A stretch of 64,000 nt of DNA from a virus (Duplodnaviria; Caudoviricetes), in the IMG/VR virus record IMGVR_UViG_3300002597_000001, positions 32,001 through 96,000 of that record; one strand, 5' to 3'. Numbering within the stretch: position 1 is the first letter of the stretch; each line of letters opens with the position of its first letter. The notes under the pieces were generated by a model. The model did no database searches. It worked only from the letters and a program-made list of their open reading frames with translations, and was not told where the DNA came from. This document shows, in pieces, positions 28,728 to 38,312 of this stretch. The position numbers were made by a program, and so were the translations under genes.

Positions 28728-31700
28728 TGCCTAATATCGTACAACTTCACAACCATACAGACATCAGTCTTCTCGACTCTGCTACTAAAACTTCCGACTA
28801 CATAGCAAAGTGTCTCGAATATGGACAGACCGCTCTCGCCATCACTAATCATGGATACCTCAAGAACTGGGTCGAGAACAAAATCCTCTGTGACAAAGCT
28901 GGAATCAAGTACATCCACGGTGTGGAAACGTACATCACGAAGACATTGCTTCAGCCTGTGGACGGCGAGATGAAGAAAGTCCGTGACAATATGCACTGTA
29001 TTCTTCTTGCCAAGAACTATGACGGAGTATTGGAACTCAATCAGCTTATCAGCACAGCTTGCGATGATGATCACTTTTATTTCGCGCCGAGAATCAGCGG
29101 GCAGGAATTCATCAATCTCTCTGATAACATAATCGCTTTGTCAGCCTGTCTGGCTGGCCCTCTCAACAAGCTGGACCCAGATGACGAAATGTTCCTGCCT
29201 ATCCTAAAGCGCATGGACTATTTGGAGATCCAGCCTCACAACTGCCAGTCTCAGGCAGATTACAATATATGGCTTGCGAGTCTCGCTCAGAAGTATCACA
29301 AGCCCCTAGTTGCCACAACAGATTCCCACAGCTCTGATTACTATAAGAATGAGTGCCGGGACATTCTGATGCTATATAAAGGTCAGCACTATGAGTCCGA
29401 AGACGAGTTGGATCTCGTATTCAAAAGCTATGACCAGATGGTAGAAGCCTTCCGTGTGCAAGATGCACTCCCAGAGAAACTGTGGATGGAGGCTATTGAG
29501 AACACCAATGATATTGCGGATTCAGTGGAGGACTTCGGACTGGACTTCTCTATGAAATACCCCATCTTATACGGGAGTCCGGAAGCAGATGAGGAGGCGT
29601 ATCGCAAAAACGTCTGGTCCGGCCTTGATGATAAGCTGAGAAAGGGCATCATCCCCAAAGAAGAGGAAGCCCAGTATAGAGAGGACGCCGCTTACGAACT
29701 GGAGGTGTTCTCAAAAATAGGAATGGCAGGCTTCATGCAGGCCGAATCTGAAATCATCTCCTGGTGTAAGGAACAGGGAATGCCCATTGGTCCGTCCCGT
29801 GGATCTGTGGCCGGAAGCCGCTGTGCCTATCTGACAGACATCATCGATCTGGACCCCGTAAGGTGGAACACAAACTTCGCTCGTTTTGCGAATTCCGACC
29901 GTATCGTGGCTGGTGATATCGATGTGGATTGTCGTGAAAAAGACCGCCCTAAAATCTTTCAACACATCATTGAAAAATTCGGGCGCGACAAAGTGGCGCG
30001 AGTCAGTTCATTTGGGACCCTTCAAGACAAGGGGACAATTAAGTTGATTGTCGGAGCGTTGGGAAAGCGTTGGAAAATAGAACACGAGGCTGAAGATGAG
30101 GGCAAATATACGCTCAAGTATGCAGAGTCTATAATAAAAGAATACGAGGCAGACCCTGATAGTTGCCGCACAGCGCACCCGGATATATTCTATTACTTCG
30201 ACGGTTTAGTCGGTACATATATATCACAGTCATTCCACCCGGCAGGCGTTATCATCTCACCAATCACGTTACCAGATCACTATGGGACATTCATCAAAGA
30301 TGGAGAAGTGGTTCTGAATCTGGATATGCTCTGGAGCCACGAGATCGAATTGGTGAAATTCGACATGCTTGTGCTCCGAAACATCGATATCATCTTCGAT
30401 ACTTGTAAATTGGCGGGGATCCCATACCCAAAGAGCCATGAGGTCAACTGGGATGACGAAAAGGTCTGGGAGAACATGATTCAAAGCCCGGTTGGGGTAT
30501 TCCAGATGGAGGGAGATTACGCATTCCAGTGCCTGAAGAAGTATAAGCCACACTCCATCTATGATATGTCCCTTGTAACCGCGAGTATCAGACCGTCAGG
30601 TGCGTCATACAGGGATCAGGTCATGGAGCACAAGATGAACAAGAACCCAACGCCGCTTATTGATGAGATTTTTAAGGACAGCCTTGGATACTGCGTCTAT
30701 CAGGAGCAGGTTATTGCGTTCCTTCAACAGGCTTGTGGGTTCCCAGGTTCCAAAGCCGACACAGTGCGTCGTGCAATTGCAGATAAAGATCCTGCTAAAT
30801 TGGAGTCCATGATGCAGGATGTGATTGATGGATACTGTGAGCTGTCGGACAAACCTAGAGCAGAAGCTGAGGAAGAGGTCAAGGATTTCGTACAAGTCCT
30901 GCGTGATGCATCTGGATACTCATTTGGTTATAACCATAGCGTCGGCTATAGCATGATTGGCTATTTGTGTACGATGCTTCGGACATATTATCCATATGAA
31001 TTCATCGTGGCATTGCTCAATAATGCAGCCAATGAATCAGATGTGGCAAATGCCAAATCGCTTGCCTCTCAGCTCCATATCAAAATCCTTCCACCGAAGT
31101 ACGGCGTCTCCTCAGACACATATGTGTTCAACAAGGACACCAAAGAAATTGCAAAAGGGGCCGCAGACATCAAATATGTCGGCAAAAAGGTTGCGCTTGC
31201 CTTATATAAGATGGCCCACGATGGAAAGCAACGGGCATTCGTGGATGTGATTCTGGATTCCACAAATGGCATCCGCGATATGAACAAACGTCGCATGGAC
31301 GCTCTTATTTCAGTCGGCTATTTCTCAGACTTTGGTAATATTTCCGAGCTATCAAGAATCTACAGCATGGTGGAGGAATTCAAATTTGGCGAGACCAAGT
31401 CCTACAAATGCGACAAAGTTGGCGAACGCCTAAAGTTCATCGAAAAGTACGCCAGCAACCTAAAAAAGGACGGCACCCCCGGAAGCTCATACAAGTTTGA
31501 GTCCAAAGATGCCGTCATAGCATTCCTGCGAGAGGCTGAGCAAGTGATTCTTTCGCTCGGAATCCCTGATGTTTCCTTCAAAGTGAAGGCCGAGAATCAG
31601 CAGGAGTATCTCGGATATATAGATCTGGTCACTGGCCGCGAGGAAGACCGCCGTAAACTCTACATCATGGACTACTATGAGATTATGAACAAGTGGGGCG

Positions 31701-31894
31701 GCAAGGGCGTGTGGAAGGTGCGCATTAAAACCAGATCGATTGGCTCCGGCAAGGAAGCCTCACTAAGTTTGTCTCCAGTATTGGTCCAGAGAAATCCTAT
31801 AGAGAAGGGGAGTGTCATTGAGGTCAAAGAAGAATGGCTCTCGCTCGACAAGGGTCAGTACTGGGTTCTATATAAATACAAAGTTATAGAGTAG
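28724..31894 (+). CDS. dnaE: DNA polymerase III alpha subunit
   Basis: PHP LHNHTDISLLD, RGSVAGS, DIDVD, HPAGVII, KFDML, GYSFGYNHS. Confidence 0.95.
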   Translation: MMPNIVQLHNHTDISLLDSATKTSDYIAKCLEYGQTALAITNHGYLKNWVENKILCDKAGIKYIHGVETYITKTLLQPVDGEMKKVRDNMHCILLAKNYDGVLELNQLISTACDDDHFYFAPRISGQEFINLSDNIIALSACLAGPLNKLDPDDEMFLPILKRMDYLEIQPHNCQSQADYNIWLASLAQKYHKPLVATTDSHSSDYYKNECRDILMLYKGQHYESEDELDLVFKSYDQMVEAFRVQDALPEKLWMEAIENTNDIADSVEDFGLDFSMKYPILYGSPEADEEAYRKNVWSGLDDKLRKGIIPKEEEAQYREDAAYELEVFSKIGMAGFMQAESEIISWCKEQGMPIGPSRGSVAGSRCAYLTDIIDLDPVRWNTNFARFANSDRIVAGDIDVDCREKDRPKIFQHIIEKFGRDKVARVSSFGTLQDKGTIKLIVGALGKRWKIEHEAEDEGKYTLKYAESIIKEYEADPDSCRTAHPDIFYYFDGLVGTYISQSFHPAGVIISPITLPDHYGTFIKDGEVVLNLDMLWSHEIELVKFDMLVLRNIDIIFDTCKLAGIPYPKSHEVNWDDEKVWENMIQSPVGVFQMEGDYAFQCLKKYKPHSIYDMSLVTASIRPSGASYRDQVMEHKMNKNPTPLIDEIFKDSLGYCVYQEQVIAFLQQACGFPGSKADTVRRAIADKDPAKLESMMQDVIDGYCELSDKPRAEAEEEVKDFVQVLRDASGYSFGYNHSVGYSMIGYLCTMLRTYYPYEFIVALLNNAANESDVANAKSLASQLHIKILPPKYGVSSDTYVFNKDTKEIAKGAADIKYVGKKVALALYKMAHDGKQRAFVDVILDSTNGIRDMNKRRMDALISVGYFSDFGNISELSRIYSMVEEFKFGETKSYKCDKVGERLKFIEKYASNLKKDGTPGSSYKFESKDAVIAFLREAEQVILSLGIPDVSFKVKAENQQEYLGYIDLVTGREEDRRKLYIMDYYEIMNKWGGKGVWKVRIKTRSIGSGKEASLSLSPVLVQRNPIEKGSVIEVKEEWLSLDKGQYWVLYKYKVIE

Positions 31895-31899
31895 GAGGA

Positions 31900-32202
31900 A
31901 TGCTTACGAATAAGTTCGAACTAATTCAAACAGCTGCGGTCAGAGCCAACTTCACCCAGGCCGCGATGAAGAAGGCGCTCGAAGCAATCATGTCTACCAT
32001 TGTGGACCATGTCTCTATTGGGGAGGATGTCAGGATTAATGACTTCGGCACCTTTTACCGTGATCACCGCAATGCACGTTTGGGCCGCAATCCAAGCACC
32101 AAAGAAGCGGTGCCAATCCCAGAACGCAATCTCCCGGCATTTAAGCCCGGGAAAGAGTTCATCCAAATCACCGCCGAGATGTCTAAGCCGAGGGAACGAT
32201 GA
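31900..32202 (+). CDS. hup: HU family DNA-binding protein
   Basis: FGTF..ARLGRNPSTKE..PAFKPGK. Confidence 0.92.
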   Translation: MLTNKFELIQTAAVRANFTQAAMKKALEAIMSTIVDHVSIGEDVRINDFGTFYRDHRNARLGRNPSTKEAVPIPERNLPAFKPGKEFIQITAEMSKPRER

Positions 32203-32441
32203 TAGCATTTGAAGATTATTGTGTGGGGTGCCCACGAGAGATTGGGTGTTTAGGCCCATCCTGCCCGAACAAGAATGTCCCAGTTATTTACTGTGATAAA
32301 TGTGGCTGTTATGCCGATTATAGATACGAGGGCAGTGACTACTGTGAAGACTGTTTGAATAATGTCTTACAGGAAGAGTTCAGTAATTTACTTATATCAG
32401 AGAAACTGGAAGCCATCGGCGGCGACTGGGATTACATATAG
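32199..32441 (+). CDS. Cys-rich hypothetical protein
   Basis: multiple CxxC. Confidence 0.7.
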   Translation: MIAFEDYCVGCPREIGCLGPSCPNKNVPVIYCDKCGCYADYRYEGSDYCEDCLNNVLQEEFSNLLISEKLEAIGGDWDYI

Positions 32442-32451
32442 GAGGAATAAA

Positions 32452-33093
32452 ATGGCGAAGATTGAGAACGTAGAAGTAAACGGACTGGCGTCATCTATCT
32501 ACAGAAGCGGATATCCTATGATGGATAGAGCGCCAACCAAAGACGAGTTTGATGAGGCCGTAGATCAGATTCAGCAGTGCATCGAGAGCGGCGATTGTGA
32601 CAACCCACACATCAAAAGAGCCATTAAGCTGGCCACGGCGAAGGGCGGCGGACACGATCAGTTCTTGACAGGCATCACGGTGAACTTTGACATGACCTTC
32701 AGTAATAAAGCTTGGGTTGAAGCAGAACGATACACATTTTTGAACTTCATTTCCAGCTTTAGCACAATGCATAGAATTGCAAAAATGAATATTGCTGACT
32801 GTTGTAATAGCTATGCATCGTATAATGCCATTGAGGAGGCAGAATACTGGCAGCACAAATACGAACAGATTGCGAATGAGCCATCAGCAACGCATGAATT
32901 AAAACTAGAAGCATACCGCATGCTCCTGTACAACTTGCCGGCGGCTTTCGAAGTTACTGCTGGCATGACAACGAATTATCGTTGTTTGAAAAACATCTAT
33001 GCACAGCGGCGCGACCACAGATTGCCCGACTGGCATGTGTTCTGCGACTGGGTAGAGACCCTCCCTTTGTCGCAGCTAATTACGGGAAAATAA
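32452..33093 (+). CDS. ThyX-like flavin-dependent thymidylate synthase fold protein
   Basis: GHDQFL, ERY, SSFSTMH, TNYRCLKNIYAQRRDHRLPDW. Confidence 0.65.
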   Translation: MAKIENVEVNGLASSIYRSGYPMMDRAPTKDEFDEAVDQIQQCIESGDCDNPHIKRAIKLATAKGGGHDQFLTGITVNFDMTFSNKAWVEAERYTFLNFISSFSTMHRIAKMNIADCCNSYASYNAIEEAEYWQHKYEQIANEPSATHELKLEAYRMLLYNLPAAFEVTAGMTTNYRCLKNIYAQRRDHRLPDWHVFCDWVETLPLSQLITGK

Positions 33094-33095
33094 AT

Positions 33096-33140
33096 CTCAT
33101 TCAACCTATTGACAAATCTAGAATTATGTGCTATGATAAT
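33096..33140 (+). promoter_or_regulatory. promoter/operator of tRNA-ncRNA cluster
   Basis: CTCATTCAACCTATTGACA-17nt-TATGAT with TG extension. Confidence 0.78.
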
Positions 33141-33235
33141 GGCGCAGGCGGTGAGTTGTTCTTTTTCGGTAGGAAATCTCATGTGCCCTAGATGAAGAAT
33201 GGTGCGGGGCGGCGCACAATAATATCCGCCAACAC

Positions 33236-33311
33236 GCTGGCATAGCTCAGTTAGTAGAGCAATTCCCCTGTAAGGAATGGGTCGTCGGGGCAGAGCCGAC
33301 TGCCAGCTCCA
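33236..33311 (+). tRNA. tRNA-Thr(TGT), atypical
   Basis: GCTGGCA/TGCCAGC acceptor, ATTCC-CCTGTAA-GGAAT, T-loop GGCAGAG, CCA. Confidence 0.75.
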
Positions 33312-33602
33312 ACTCCGATTCCAGCGGAGTGATCTGTAGCCAATTCTTACGAAAGGAGAATAAAGCGCCATCTTCACATCAGGATTTTATTAACGGGCGT
33401 TAGCCCAAATTACACCGCCCACTACAGTCTGAGGACTGGTATGACACCGACAGATGCGTCTGTCAGGACTGGCACAGGTGCGCTAAACCAAGCACATAAA
33501 TAAGTTGATGTTTCCCGTCTGCTTATGGCCAAGTTTACAGGAACCAGTGTCGTGAAAGCTCGCCCTTGGTGTCGGAGGGAATGAGAAAGGCAAAATCTAC
33601 AT

Positions 33603-33679
33603 AGCGCAGTCGCCAAATTGGTTAAGGCATCGGATTTTGGTTCCGATTATTGTGGGTTCGAATCCTACCTGCGCTGCCA
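33603..33679 (+). tRNA. tRNA-Gln(TTG)
   Basis: TCGGA-TTTTGGT-TCCGA, GGTTCGAATCC, CCA. Confidence 0.92.
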
Positions 33680-34206
33680 GAGAGGTAGGGAATCTGCCGA
33701 TATGCGCAGAAGCGCTATGCGATATTGGCGGAGAAAATGGTGATGCATGAATACCTATGAAGCCACCTCTCACCATGGCCCAACACACCTATGCGTAGCA
33801 CAGTAAGTGGCCCATGTTGGGTAATTTGAAAGCGGGGAAATCCATCCGTTTGTAAAAACCAGTCGCTGGAGATGGACACCTTTAGACTGGGTTTAGTTCG
33901 AGGTTGTTGTGTTAGGGGTGTAGTGCGCGGACGGTTCTGTCCAAAACCAACTGCGCCGCCCCGAATTTTGGCCTTGTGGTCTGCCTCCGTCGTGTGTACG
34001 GCGAAAAGACCGCCCCGGATCGCTACCGGGAAATAGCGGCAGCGAGCTAGATAGAGGCTTGGTATCTCGCTGGGGTGTAAAGAAGCCAGAAGCCGGAGAG
34101 ACGGGACGGTATGGTGAGGTGATATCCTATTCCTCACACAAAATCACCCTATTCTCAGCTAGGGGTGTGGCAGTCTGGCGTAGCTGTCGAGAGAAAGTAC
34201 GCCCCA
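33680..34206 (+). ncRNA. large structured ncRNA, ROOL/GOLLD-like candidate
   Basis: No plausible CDS, sits between tRNAs, many stems and crossing helices. Confidence 0.6.
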
Positions 34207-34209
34207 TAT

Positions 34210-34297
34210 GCTGACGTATCCTAATTGGCAAGGAGCCGGTCTTGAAAATCGGTGATACCGAAAGGTACTGTGGGTTCGAGTCCTACCGTCAGCGCCA
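34210..34297 (+). tRNA. tRNA-Ser(TGA)
   Basis: CCGGT-CTTGAAA-ATCGG, long variable arm, CCA. Confidence 0.92.
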
Positions 34298-34406
34298 CGT
34301 CCCTTTAGTTTATGGTTTCAATTCGGACGAGATTGAATCTGAACCATCAAAGTGCCGAAAGGGTGAGGGCACCTGCGGAGTGATGGCCCTAGTCTCCGCG
34401 CCATAT

Positions 34407-34482
34407 CCGGGCATAGCGCAGCTGGTAGCGCTCCTGATTTGGGTTCAGGAGGTCGGGCGTTCGAGTCGCCCTGCTCGGACCA
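34407..34482 (+). tRNA. tRNA-Pro(TGG)
   Basis: CCTGA-TTTGGGT-TCAGG, GTTCGAGT, CCA. Confidence 0.92.
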
Positions 34483-34590
34483 GCGGAGCGGCTACTCCAC
34501 ACAGTCGTACTCAGCGGATAGCATACGATGCCGAGATCGCGATGGTAAATCGTATGGTTCTGATTGTGGGATATGGGCCGCTCCGCCCCA
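34483..34590 (+). ncRNA. long-hairpin ncRNA candidate
   Basis: GCGGAGCGGC/GCCGCTCCGC closing stem, CATACGAT/ATCGTATG inner stem, ends CCA. Confidence 0.5.
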
Positions 34591-34630
34591 TAAAAGATAT
34601 GATTCATAAGGGGGTATCAATATAAGCCAA

Positions 34631-34825
34631 TTGCAACCAGAGATTCCGCTGTGGAAAAAGGTCACGCTCTCGTTCGAGGAGGCATCACTTTATACCGGGA
34701 TAGGCCAGAATAAATTACGCGCCTTATGCAGTAACAATCCATCGTTAATGCTTCGGAATGGGGCACATTCTCGAATCAAACGAACTGCCTTAGAGCGATA
34801 CATAGAAGAACATAATGAAATTTAG
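34631..34825 (+). CDS. xis: excisionase (Tn916 Xis-like)
   Basis: IPLWKKVTLSFEEASLYTGIGQNKLR, upstream of integrase. Confidence 0.85.
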   Translation: MQPEIPLWKKVTLSFEEASLYTGIGQNKLRALCSNNPSLMLRNGAHSRIKRTALERYIEEHNEI

Positions 34826-34907
34826 GATATTGACTTCGGTTGAACACCTGTAGCATTTATGGTACAATTACATAAACCGAAGTCCTTTCCTTCAAGAAGG
34901 AGGTATT

Positions 34908-36125
34908 ATGTCGAAGCGAAAGGATTGTAAGGGTCGGAACCTAAGAACAGGGGAGGGCCAAAGAGCAAACGGTCTGTATTACTATCAGGCCACAGACAAA
35001 TATGGCAACCGGACAACGCTGACCAGTTGGAGGCTTGTCCCGACAGATCCATTACCAAAGGGTAAGCGAGACTGTATACCGCTTAGAGAACAGGAAGAAG
35101 AATTGACCAAACAGATAAAGTCAAAGCTAGATCTTTCTGTCCGGTGTACTGTGATGGAGGCCGCTCTGAAGTATAAAGAATCCAGAATTGGCCTGAAACC
35201 ACAGTCTATGATTGGTATCAATACGTTTAATAAGGTGCTTGGAAAGTATAAGCTTTCTCACATGCAGATAAACGACGTAGAGGTGAAAGACGTAAAGTGG
35301 TTTTGTCGAGCTCTATACAAAGACAATTACTCTGTTACGACAATCATGAATTACAAAGGGCGTCTGTCAAGCGTGTTTGTCTTCGCGGGTGAAGAACTGC
35401 ATTTACTCACTAAGAATCCAACAGAGTTCAAGCTGAACAGCGTCATAAAAGAGACGCCAAATAAGAGGGGTTCGCTGTCCGAACAAGACAAGGAAGAGTT
35501 CATCCGTTTCATCAAGAGCGATAATGTATCGCGCAAACATTTTGATGAAATTAATCTGTTGCTTGGAACCGGGCTTCGGATCTCAGAGTTTGTAGGACTC
35601 ACAGAAGACAATGTGGATTTCGAGAACCACTGCATTGTGATTGACCATCAGCTCCAAAATTTAACACCGAACCGAGAGTGGCTCACACCAAAGTCGGAAG
35701 CTGGAAACCGAGTGGTGTTTATCAGCGATGATGTTGAGGCGTCTGCGAGGCGACTGATTGAGGCAGCTGGCCCAAAACGATCTGGGTTTACGTGTGGAAA
35801 CACATCAAAGTTTTTCATCCTTGACAGAAATGGAAACCCAAGGAAAGATATTGGTGTTAGGGATATGCTAAGGTCAATCGTCAATCGATACCATCGAAAA
35901 ACAGGAAAAGAGCTTCCCCATATTATTCCACACATGCTCCGACACACATATTGCACAGATCAGGCCCAGTCTGGAATGGACATGATGGCATTGCAATATA
36001 TGATGGGGCATACGGACATGTCTACGACAAGTCGTTACCTGCACACTCAACAAAATCACGCGGCGGCAGAGGCAGCAAGATTGTATCGAAAGCATGCCAA
36101 CGCGGCCTCAAAAGACGCTGTCTGA
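34908..36125 (+). CDS. int: tyrosine integrase with Tn916-like arm-binding N-terminus
   Basis: RKDCKGRNLRTGEGQR; TGLRISE; PKS; PHMLRHT; MGH..Y. Confidence 0.93.
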   Translation: MSKRKDCKGRNLRTGEGQRANGLYYYQATDKYGNRTTLTSWRLVPTDPLPKGKRDCIPLREQEEELTKQIKSKLDLSVRCTVMEAALKYKESRIGLKPQSMIGINTFNKVLGKYKLSHMQINDVEVKDVKWFCRALYKDNYSVTTIMNYKGRLSSVFVFAGEELHLLTKNPTEFKLNSVIKETPNKRGSLSEQDKEEFIRFIKSDNVSRKHFDEINLLLGTGLRISEFVGLTEDNVDFENHCIVIDHQLQNLTPNREWLTPKSEAGNRVVFISDDVEASARRLIEAAGPKRSGFTCGNTSKFFILDRNGNPRKDIGVRDMLRSIVNRYHRKTGKELPHIIPHMLRHTYCTDQAQSGMDMMALQYMMGHTDMSTTSRYLHTQQNHAAAEAARLYRKHANAASKDAV

Positions 36126-36126
36126 T

Positions 36127-36464
36127 TTTTCATCACTTTTTTCATCATTTGACATGAAGAATGCGTGAGAATATGTGAGAATACGTGAAATTTGCCAATG
36201 CTCTGGTGCTTGGAAAATGCGCAAAAAAGTTCGGGATTTGCTATAAAATTGCGGTAATACAGCTGTTTTAGAGCAAAAAAGTTGTGGGTACAGACTATAA
36301 CCCTAAGTTATATAACTTAATAGAAGGATTTTGGTAATGGGAATAAATGGTAGCTAAAATTCCGTTGCGGCGCAACGCTTTTCGCGATTAGAGCAATTTC
36401 AAATAACTGATAAAAATGTATTTTTCATCACTTTTTCATCATTTGAAGAAAAGGACTTCGGTTT
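36127..36464. other. attP-like region
   Basis: Direct repeats TTTTCATCACTTTTT(T)CATCATTTGA at ~36127 and ~36422; three ATRYGTGARA repeats 36161-36190; AT-rich. Confidence 0.65.
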
Positions 36465-36538
36465 TCAAACAAATTAGGCGAGTGTTTGTTTGCCATTGGC
36501 CTAATTGGTTTGACATTTTTAATCTCAAAAACAGGCGC

Positions 36539-36595
36539 AAAAAAAATAGGGAACACTGAAAGGCAAGTTGCCAATCTTTGTTCCCTATTTTTTTG
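36539..36595. terminator. bidirectional terminator between convergent arms
   Basis: AAAAAAATAGGGAACA...TGTTCCCTATTTTTTT. Confidence 0.8.
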
Positions 36596-36753
36596 TTAAC
36601 CACCCGGCCTAACCGAGCGATTCGATTTTGTGACCAGCGTCCATATATCTGTCGTAGTAAACGTAATCGGCTACTATGTTTGCAAACACCATTGCGTGTT
36701 GAAGACGCAAAATACTACGCCATAACAAATCTGAAACTTGGGTTTCATCTATG

Positions 36754-37215
36754 TTACAGGAATGTGTCATCCTTGAGGCACTTCGCATATGCCTCCTTGA
36801 TTCTCTCTGTGGTTAACACTGTCTTATTGTTTCGAAATTCCTCGTGATCCGCACAGAATTTCTCATATATGTCAATATCTTCGAGTACCTGGTCAAACAT
36901 CTCTTTGGAGTGCTGCCTGTTCCGACGACACTCATCTCCAAATTGCAAGATTCTCCATCGGCAGGCAATAGCATTACGCTCGCCCATTAGATATGACATC
37001 GCGTCGAATTGATCGGACAGGTCCTGTACTTTATCTTCCAGTACATTGAATTGATCCACCACTTCTTTGGTCGTTCGCTTTCCAACCCACGACAGGATGC
37101 GAGAGATTGGGTTGACCTTGATTGGAGTAAACTCAATAAAGATCGAAACTAACGCAATAAGTCCGGCCAACCTACCAATGAGTTGGCCAACAGTCATTTC
37201 CATCAGTCCTTCCAA
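36754..37215 (-). CDS. holin-like membrane protein
   Basis: N-terminal TM, EFTPIKVNP, RWRILQFGDE; in lysis module. Confidence 0.6.
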   Translation of the reverse strand: MEGLMEMTVGQLIGRLAGLIALVSIFIEFTPIKVNPISRILSWVGKRTTKEVVDQFNVLEDKVQDLSDQFDAMSYLMGERNAIACRWRILQFGDECRRNRQHSKEMFDQVLEDIDIYEKFCADHEEFRNNKTVLTTERIKEAYAKCLKDDTFL

Positions 37216-37231
37216 TGAAATCACCATGACC

Positions 37232-38302
37232 TTACTCGCCGAAGACTCCGGCGCGGTCAAGGAACACCAGCATACGGACAGACTCCTCGGGGAGATTCAG
37301 AATTCTCTCTTCGCCTTCGCCTCCCTCGCCCTTCACGAAGCCCTTGGCGATGGCTTTCTCGACAGATTTCTTGTACACACTATAAGTGATATCCTTCAGC
37401 TTCGGATAGAAGTTTCCAGCTGGGACAATCTCACCGTTCTCATTGATCTTCAGCGTCTTGTTCGTCACGACAGTGCCGTCAGCGCCAAGATAATATGCCT
37501 TTCCGTCATAGACTTGCCATTGGTTGGTCACCGCATATCCCTCCTTATCAAAATAGTAATACTTCCCGCCGATTTTCTTCCATGTAGCAGCGGGCCACGT
37601 ACCGTCTGAGTATTGATACCACCACTTGCCGTTGGATTGTTTCCAACCCTCCGTATAGGTCTTCTTGGAATAGCCGTTATAGCCGCCATTCTTAATGATC
37701 GAGGGATAGTCCTTCAGCATATAGTTCTGATCTACGGTCTGCCCGTTGATCTTGTTGGATCTGATGTAATTGGTCTCGCCGCCGAACTGCCACATGCCAG
37801 CGCCGCTGTACTGGAGCTCGGTAGACCACTGCGCAACCCAGTGCTCGTAGTCCTTGAGCCAACTGTCATTCATGTAAGTGGAAAACATGGCCAGAGAGGA
37901 ATAAATGCCGGGGAGATACCCGTATGCTTTAATCGCATCACACCATGTCTGGATCACCAGCGTCAGAAGGTTCTTTCCAATGCCGAGCTGAGTTTTGTTT
38001 TCCACATCCAGATAGACGGGAAGTTCGAATTGCTTCCCTTTGAGGCACTGCTCGTAGAAGTATTTTGCCTCGGCTTTTGCCATGTCGATGTTCAGCGCCT
38101 TGGAGAAAAAATAAGCGCCAACATACAGTCCCGCAGCCTTGGCGTTCTTGTAGTTGGTCTCAAATTTACTGTCCTTATAATATCCGTCGTCAGCTCCGCC
38201 GCCTTTGAGGATGACAAATTTCACGCCCTCTTTAGCTGCTTTGGCAAAGTCGAAAGATCCCTGCCATGCGGAGACATCAATTCCAAATACTTTTGTCGCC
38301 AT
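37232..38302 (-). CDS. GH25 muramidase endolysin with cell-wall-binding repeats
   Basis: GIDVSAWQG, YLDVE, VDQN; GKWWY / KYYYFD repeats. Confidence 0.92.
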   Translation of the reverse strand: MATKVFGIDVSAWQGSFDFAKAAKEGVKFVILKGGGADDGYYKDSKFETNYKNAKAAGLYVGAYFFSKALNIDMAKAEAKYFYEQCLKGKQFELPVYLDVENKTQLGIGKNLLTLVIQTWCDAIKAYGYLPGIYSSLAMFSTYMNDSWLKDYEHWVAQWSTELQYSGAGMWQFGGETNYIRSNKINGQTVDQNYMLKDYPSIIKNGGYNGYSKKTYTEGWKQSNGKWWYQYSDGTWPAATWKKIGGKYYYFDKEGYAVTNQWQVYDGKAYYLGADGTVVTNKTLKINENGEIVPAGNFYPKLKDITYSVYKKSVEKAIAKGFVKGEGGEGEERILNLPEESVRMLVFLDRAGVFGE

Positions 38303-38312
38303 GAGCGCCTCC

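Noticed and set aside
26784-31894. Inteins in primase-helicase or DnaE
   Set aside because: Lengths are normal and no intein splice motifs or endonuclease inserts were seen
33425-33570. Hammerhead ribozyme (CTGAGGA ... GAAA)
   Set aside because: CTGAGGA sits in a simple hairpin and the three stems could not be assembled
36161-36190. Short tandem repeats as a CRISPR array
   Set aside because: 10-bp units without spacers; they fit integrase arm sites. No CRISPR array or cas genes were seen in the window.
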